DNA of 64,000 nt, from positions 314,526,001 to 314,590,000 of the forward strand of contig OZ024743.1 of the NCBI GenBank assembly GCA_964016885.1, given 5' to 3'. The translations under genes and the position numbers were made by a program. The stretch comes from Eledone cirrhosa (Eukaryota). Each line of letters begins with the position of its first letter. The first letter of the stretch is position 1. Positions 57,801 to 64,000 of the stretch are shown in pieces. The notes below the pieces were generated by a model. That model did not search any database. It was not told the origin of the DNA and worked only from the letters and a program-made list of their open reading frames with translations.

Positions 57801-59400
57801 ATATCAGTTCATTCATGGTTGCATGTAACCGTTATAAACAAATCTGGCTTTCCAAACTTTCTGACAATAGTCATTGCATCCTGATAGCGAATGTTTATAT
57901 ATCTCGGGCCGCCGATGAACGACGATGGCAAAATGATGCGTCGACCAATTTGCTTGTAATTGGCATCATCGGCTGTTATCGCATTCTGTATATTATTATA
58001 CAATTCAGCTCTGATATGTTGCTGATGTGTAGCTATATTATTTAGCCTTTGATTTTCGATCTTTGCGAATGCCATACAACAGTATTCTTGGAACAATCTA
58101 CTGGCTTGAAATAGCGCATTTCTCTGTTGATTCCTCTCGTTCAAATGGAACGCGTAAAAGTCGCGAATCGAATTATTGTGTCTATTGCCACCTCCCTGTT
58201 GATGCTGATTCTCATGATCATCTAAATGAACAGACATGTTCCATCCATTTTCACCTTTTGGGAATAAAGAACATAATGCAATGGATCGTATGCCCTATTT
58301 GACACATTGATAGTCTTGAGACCATCATCTCTGCGATTGAGGACGATATATCTCGATCCAGGCTTATCGTCCATCAACACAGCAACATCACGAAATCCGT
58401 CAGGGGCATTATATCGCTGTTCGTGTTGATTCCTTGGCACTGCGTCATCCTTAATCACTAATGTTTGCTGCTGAACATTTTGCAGTTCAGCCACCAACAT
58501 GAAATCCATAACATAAGGATTACACTGTCTAAGCCATGATTGCAAATCACGGATCAAATCACTTAACCTTTGCCGTTCAAGTTCAGTTATATTTCCCGGA
58601 AAATTCATCCAACCGATCCTGATATTCTCCTCCGATTCACTATAACCTGGATCGTTAACGTAAATTTGAGCGAATCGAGGCCTCTCTCCTGGGGTAACTT
58701 CTAAATTACCGATACAATGATACAAACGGCCTTGAATGACTACATTCGGTTGCCATGCTCCACTCTCAAACATCTCACTAACTCTCTGCGATGCTAAAGC
58801 TAATGAATTGTTAATTTGCCGCGAATATTTGCGCAGTAATCTACCTCGGTCTCCTTGATCACCCCACATACGTAGTATTTTAAACTCCTCATCATCCGGC
58901 ATTCGCAAGGGTTCTCGCTGACCTGCTCCTTTATGACAGCACATTGTGGTCCACGTCTTTTCGTGCCTAAAAAGCAATGCTCCACAATGTGGACACTCTG
59001 CTCGTCCACCAATCTGAAAATGACACGGTTGCCATGATCCATTTTTAATATCATTCGTTCGCTTGATGGCCTCTTCACTGGAATGAGGAGCACTTTGGCG
59101 ACAAATTCTCTGAACTTCTGTATTGCGCTGGCGCTGTTCAGCCAGCTTCTCTCCATCCATCGCTGCACGCTGTTACTGCTGAATTCTGGCCATCTGCTGA
59201 TGATGCTCAGCCAGTTTGTCTTCAACTATCGCAGCACGCCGAAGCTGCTTGGCTCCAGTGTTTCGTTGGCGTTGTTCAGCCAGCTCCTCTTCATTCATGG
59301 CAGTACGTCTTCGCCTCTGAAGTTCGGCGTTCCGATGGCGCTGTTCGGCCCGTTTTTCTTCATTGCTGGCTGCACGCCGTCGCCGCTGTAGTTCACTGTT
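54851..59400 (-). pseudogene. Helitron Rep(HUH)-Pif1 helicase, multiply frameshifted
   Basis: CPHC...CC zinc finger, LPSSFIGGPRY...FGKPDLFITVTCN, IEFQKRGLPHA, KYLFKYVYKG, DAPGGTGRT (Walker A K>R), GGDFRQVLP, FPVNLAFSMTVNKAQGQT, FSHGQLYVAASRV. Confidence 0.95.
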
Positions 59401-59423
59401 TGATAAAGTCGAATTGCTGTGAC

Positions 59424-60110
59424 ACAAATGACACAATAATAAATATAAAAGATGTCCGTCAATGTAAAGAAAGGTCCCTAATTACTCACTTCACAACTCT
59501 GTGTATGTTAGAGTGACAGACAGGCACATAGACAGATAAACTGCGTGGCGATTGTGGAACGCCACACACATACACGCATGGAAACGCGCACACGCACGCA
59601 AATTTACACACGGACACACTCACACATTTTGATAGTTTTTACTTTCTGTGGAACGCTGCACGCACGCACAAACACATAAACATACGCGCACGTACATACA
59701 CACGCACACATGTTAATAGTTATTGCTTTCCTTTCCCTCTTATTTCCACACACATCACACACACACACGTCTCTACACTGACACATATACATAGTGTATA
59801 CAAAATGACACAATAATAAATATAAAAGATGTTCGGCAATGTAAAGAAAGGTCCCTATTTACTCCCTTCACGACTCTTTGTATGTTAGACTGAGATACAG
59901 GCACACAGAGAGATAAACTGCGTGGCGATTGTGGAACGCCACACACATACACGCATGGAAACGCGCACACGCACGCAAACTTACACACGCAGACACTCAC
60001 ATATGTTGATAGTTTTTACTTTCTGTGGAACGCTGCACGCACACACACACACATAAACATACGCGCAAGTACATACACACGCACACATGTTAATAGTTAT
60101 TGATCACAGC
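59424..60110. repeat. ~380-bp tandem duplication in the Helitron 5' region
   Basis: caaatgacacaataataaatataaaagatg... recurs at ~59426 and ~59801. Confidence 0.8.
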
Positions 60111-60267
60111 GTTCACGCTCTCCCCTCTCACTCCCTCATTGGCATTATGCATATTAATTTAAGTTTGGCCTCGTTGAGGTGGGCGGGGGTATTTGAAACC
60201 TATGAACCAATGATATTCGAGAATTATGACACACGGAATACTGACGTTGCTGAAATTAATATATAGA

Positions 60268-61114
60268 CTAGCTGATGTACCCAGCTTCGCCCGGGTAAAC
60301 AGATGATAAGAGAAGACAGGTAAAAGAGAAAATGACTGTATTGGACGTTTGTCTGCTTACAGTATGAGGCAAGTCCGTGGTGTCTGTGTGATACAAAAAA
60401 CAGTAAAAGAAATCTTCCAGATATACCAGATTATTCGTTGTACCGTGTGTGCATAGTATATGAACAATTCTAGGTGGTTCCACCTAGAATAGTGATCTCT
60501 AGGAGATGGTTCATCTTCTGCCTGACTGTAAAACATGTATCATTGCATAGACGTGGTTGTTCCACGTTTCTCATTAGAATGATGGAAGTTCCAATCGTTT
60601 ATATTATAAGTAGATATAGATGATTAATATAAAAGATGATGCTCAGCCAGTTCGCCTTCAAACATCGCAGCACGACGTCGCTGCTTGGCTCCAGTGTTTC
60701 GTTGGTGTTGTTGAGTCAGCTCCTCTTCATTCGTGGCGGCACATCTTCGCCTCTGAATTTCGGGGTTCCGATGGCGCTGTTCGGCCCGTTTTTCTTCATT
60801 CCGTGGTGCACGCTGTCGCCGCTGTAGTTCACTGTTTGATAAAGTCAAATTGCTTTTACTTTCTGTGGAACGCTGCACGCACGCACGCACACACATATAA
60901 ACATACGCGCACGTACATACACACGCACACATGGTAATAGTTACAGCGTTCACTTCGCCTCTCTGTTTCTTACTCTCCCCTCTCACTCCCTCATTGGCAT
61001 TATGCATATTAATTTAAGTTTGGCGTCATTGAGGTGGGCGGAGTCGTTTGAAACCAATGATAATCGAGAATTATGACACACGGAATACTGACATTGTTGA
61101 AATTAATATATAGA
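60268..61114 (-). mobile_element. Internally deleted Helitron copy, head-to-tail with the large one
   Basis: A|TCTATATATTAA at 61114; CTAG end at 60268; shares 5' and 3' modules with 53752-60267. Confidence 0.85.
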
Positions 61115-62534
61115 TATATATGTATATATATCTAGAGAGAGAGGGGGGAGAACGTGATGAAGAGAGGAAACAATGTGAGAAAGATAGATATACAGAGACA
61201 AATATATCCATACGAAAACACACGTACACGCATTTATATTTTCAAAGTGTGCTGTAATTAGGCAAGTAATGCTAGTGATGACATCAAAAGGACACTGCGA
61301 ACATTTAACGAGAGCTGCAGCAATATTCCGGACACGGAATTTAATTGCAATATGAAGGGAAAAATGGTCAGTTGAATGATAAACATCGAAGAATGTCAAC
61401 TGTTCACACATTGAAAATATCTATTTTGGGATTATAGGAAAAGAAAGCTGACTGAAATAATTTGTGACTCAGGAATATATTGCTGTTGTTGTTATTGTTT
61501 TAATTTCGTGCGAAACTAACCGAGCAGGCTTCTAAGAAAATGCTATCGAGCCGTGATCATATCGTCCTTTTTCAAACTGTATTATCCAACATGTTGGTTC
61601 GTTGGTAGGGTTTGAGAAAGATTGTTTTGCTGATTCTTGCAGCTCGAAGCTTGTTAGATTTTCTTTCAGTTTTAAAGTCACTTCCTCATACATGCGTTTA
61701 AGTTAATGTAATGATGGGGTAGCAAATTAACGGATAGACATGATAGTTATAAGTGAGTATGCAAGCCACACACACATACATTCACACGCACGCACATACG
61801 CACACAATCACACAAACACACAAACACACACAAACACATACACACACATACAGACCCCATTGAATGATCAATCATCGAGCGTATCAAGCGGAATATAATT
61901 GCGGAAAATGTGAGTCAATTCTCTGCGGTTGGAGAAATACATTTTGATGTATTAAATATTAAATCTAAACCGTGACCTCCTGCGAGCCATTTTTCTAGAT
62001 TTGTGCAATCATAAATATCTACATTGAATAGATATTATCAAACATTTAGAGTATACTAACTTATAAACGATATAGAATTTATTTTAAAATAAAGCTATTA
62101 CAAAGAAATACATTTTGAGGAATGATAACAGATATATGATGGAGATACTAGAAATATGAAACATACGATCATTTGTAAACAACCATTGAAGATATCAATC
62201 ATACCGGATTCCTTTGTTCTTTTCATTGAAATGCCATCTAACTATCATATGATGGAGAAGAAAATATTCCTAATGAAAGCAGATATATTTGACATTGATA
62301 AACACAAGAATAAATGTGATGAATTGGCAGAACATTGGAGAGAATGTTTTGCAGTAAAGGTTCCAATACCTGACAGTCGCTAAGTTCAAATGCCGCTGAA
62401 GCTAGATTTGGTGCCCACGATTCTATCTATATTTACGGAACCATACAAACTTACATAAATACACTAGAAAATACCATCTAATACTTAGTCTTCTTACCAC
62501 CAAGAAACACAAATTAGAGCGTCGTGTTATAGAA

Positions 62535-63009
62535 CAGCGGTTCCCAACCTTTTATAATAAATTCCACCTTGAAGATATAGCAAAACAGTAAGGCCCCACA
62601 AAAAATTAAAATTTTTGATATAATTTTTTTATGTAGAAATAATTTCGGAATGTCTTTTTATTTCAATCAAATCATTTTAAATTTATTATAAACTTTACTA
62701 AAATTTACTAAAATAAATAATATATATCCTGTTATAAAAATAAGTTTCTTTACTAAGTTTATTTACTAAAACATAAATTGTTATATCCAGATTTAAATAA
62801 TTATCAAGTGAAATCATAATTAGAAAAGGTAGAAAGTTGATAAAAAGTTCAATATAAAAATTTGAAGCAAGAATAAGAAAGAATTTTTAGGAAAATACTT
62901 TTCTTTTTTATGTATGAAATTTAGTGAGTTTTAGTTAATTCCCGTGGCTACCCCAATAACTAGCTATGGCCCACTGGTGGGCCATGGCCCCCTGGTTGGG
63001 AACCAATTG
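62535..63009. mobile_element. hAT (Charlie-like) MITE
   Basis: TIRs cagcggttcccaacc / ggttgggaacca; near-TSD ttatagaa/gtatagaa. Confidence 0.75.
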
Positions 63010-63317
63010 TATAGAAGCTAAAGTCGTAGTCACTCTACACAAAATAGAATACCAAGTGGACCGTCCCGTTGTGCTAACTAATCCCTCACATGCACATTTC
63101 CTTTAAGGACCGAATTCTAATTTATGCACAAGAATTATTTACCACTAAGATTTCTATATGAAAAGAAGTGCCAAAATGTTAAAGCACTGGAATTGTAGCG
63201 CAGGCATAGTCAATGGTGAGAGGTTACTGAAAGTAAAGCCACCTGCATATTCATTCATCCATTCTCACACACTCTCTCTTTCTCTCTTCCTCTTTCTCTC
63301 TTCCTCTTTCTCTCTTC

Positions 63318-63372
<55 letters not shown>

Positions 63373-63440
63373 ACCCACGCGTATATATGTATGTATGTAT
63401 ATGTATATATATATATACACATATATATATATATAATATG

Positions 63441-63540
<100 letters not shown>

Positions 63541-63865
63541 TGTATCGAACTAGACAAATTGAGTTTGTGCTAGTACATCGAACTTTTACACTAGATAAAT
63601 GCATTTACGGGACTTGCAATTCCGAAGCGCCTGTCCATGATTCAGCGTGTACACCGTTAGGTATTAGTGGTAAGTTCAGCATTATGTGCGGATTTAAACA
63701 ATTTAGCCCGGACCAAACGAAATCGCAGGTTTCTTCTCCGTGTCCTGTGTACTGCTGTGCAATAATTGCACCCAGTACAGAGAAGCAACGCATTAAATCC
63801 AGAATTGTCTGGAAGGAATGGAAGTGGCCAGGATCAACACACAGACACACCGACTCACACACACG

Positions 63866-63935
<70 letters not shown>

Positions 63936-64000
63936 ATATATGTAATATAAATATAATGTAGCATAAGGTGGCAGAAATATCCAATGGTAAGATCTGTCAG

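Larger units (their letters stand above)
53752..60267 (-). mobile_element. Formerly autonomous Helitron
   Basis: 5' TCTATATATTAA at 60267, RepHel ORF remnants, 3' hairpin acccgg-gagaag-ctgggt followed by CTAG|T at 53752. Confidence 0.9.

Overview
AT-rich, microsatellite-saturated eukaryotic DNA with no convincing host gene; almost all listed ORFs are (TA)n/(CA)n artefacts. The repeat mix suggests an octopus/cephalopod genome (inference). The window is a nested transposon graveyard: five or more Penelope-like element (PLE) remnants of three apparent types (Hydra-like, Neptune-like, Nematis-like), a decayed RepHel Helitron joined head-to-tail to a deleted copy, a second non-autonomous Helitron, R4/Dong, RTE, Vingi-like and CR1-like LINE fragments, tRNA-derived SINEs and MITEs. 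The main result from reading the sequence is an unusually dense set of hammerhead ribozyme (HHR) motifs. These include a near-perfect 310-bp tandem array with one HHR per unit plus an inverted leading copy (a retrozyme-like, potentially circRNA-producing element). There are also about eight further HHR families, some with variant cores (CAGAAGA, CCGACGA), and recurrent fold-back palindromes, two of which pivot on HHR stem II. All folding was done by eye and no activity has been tested.
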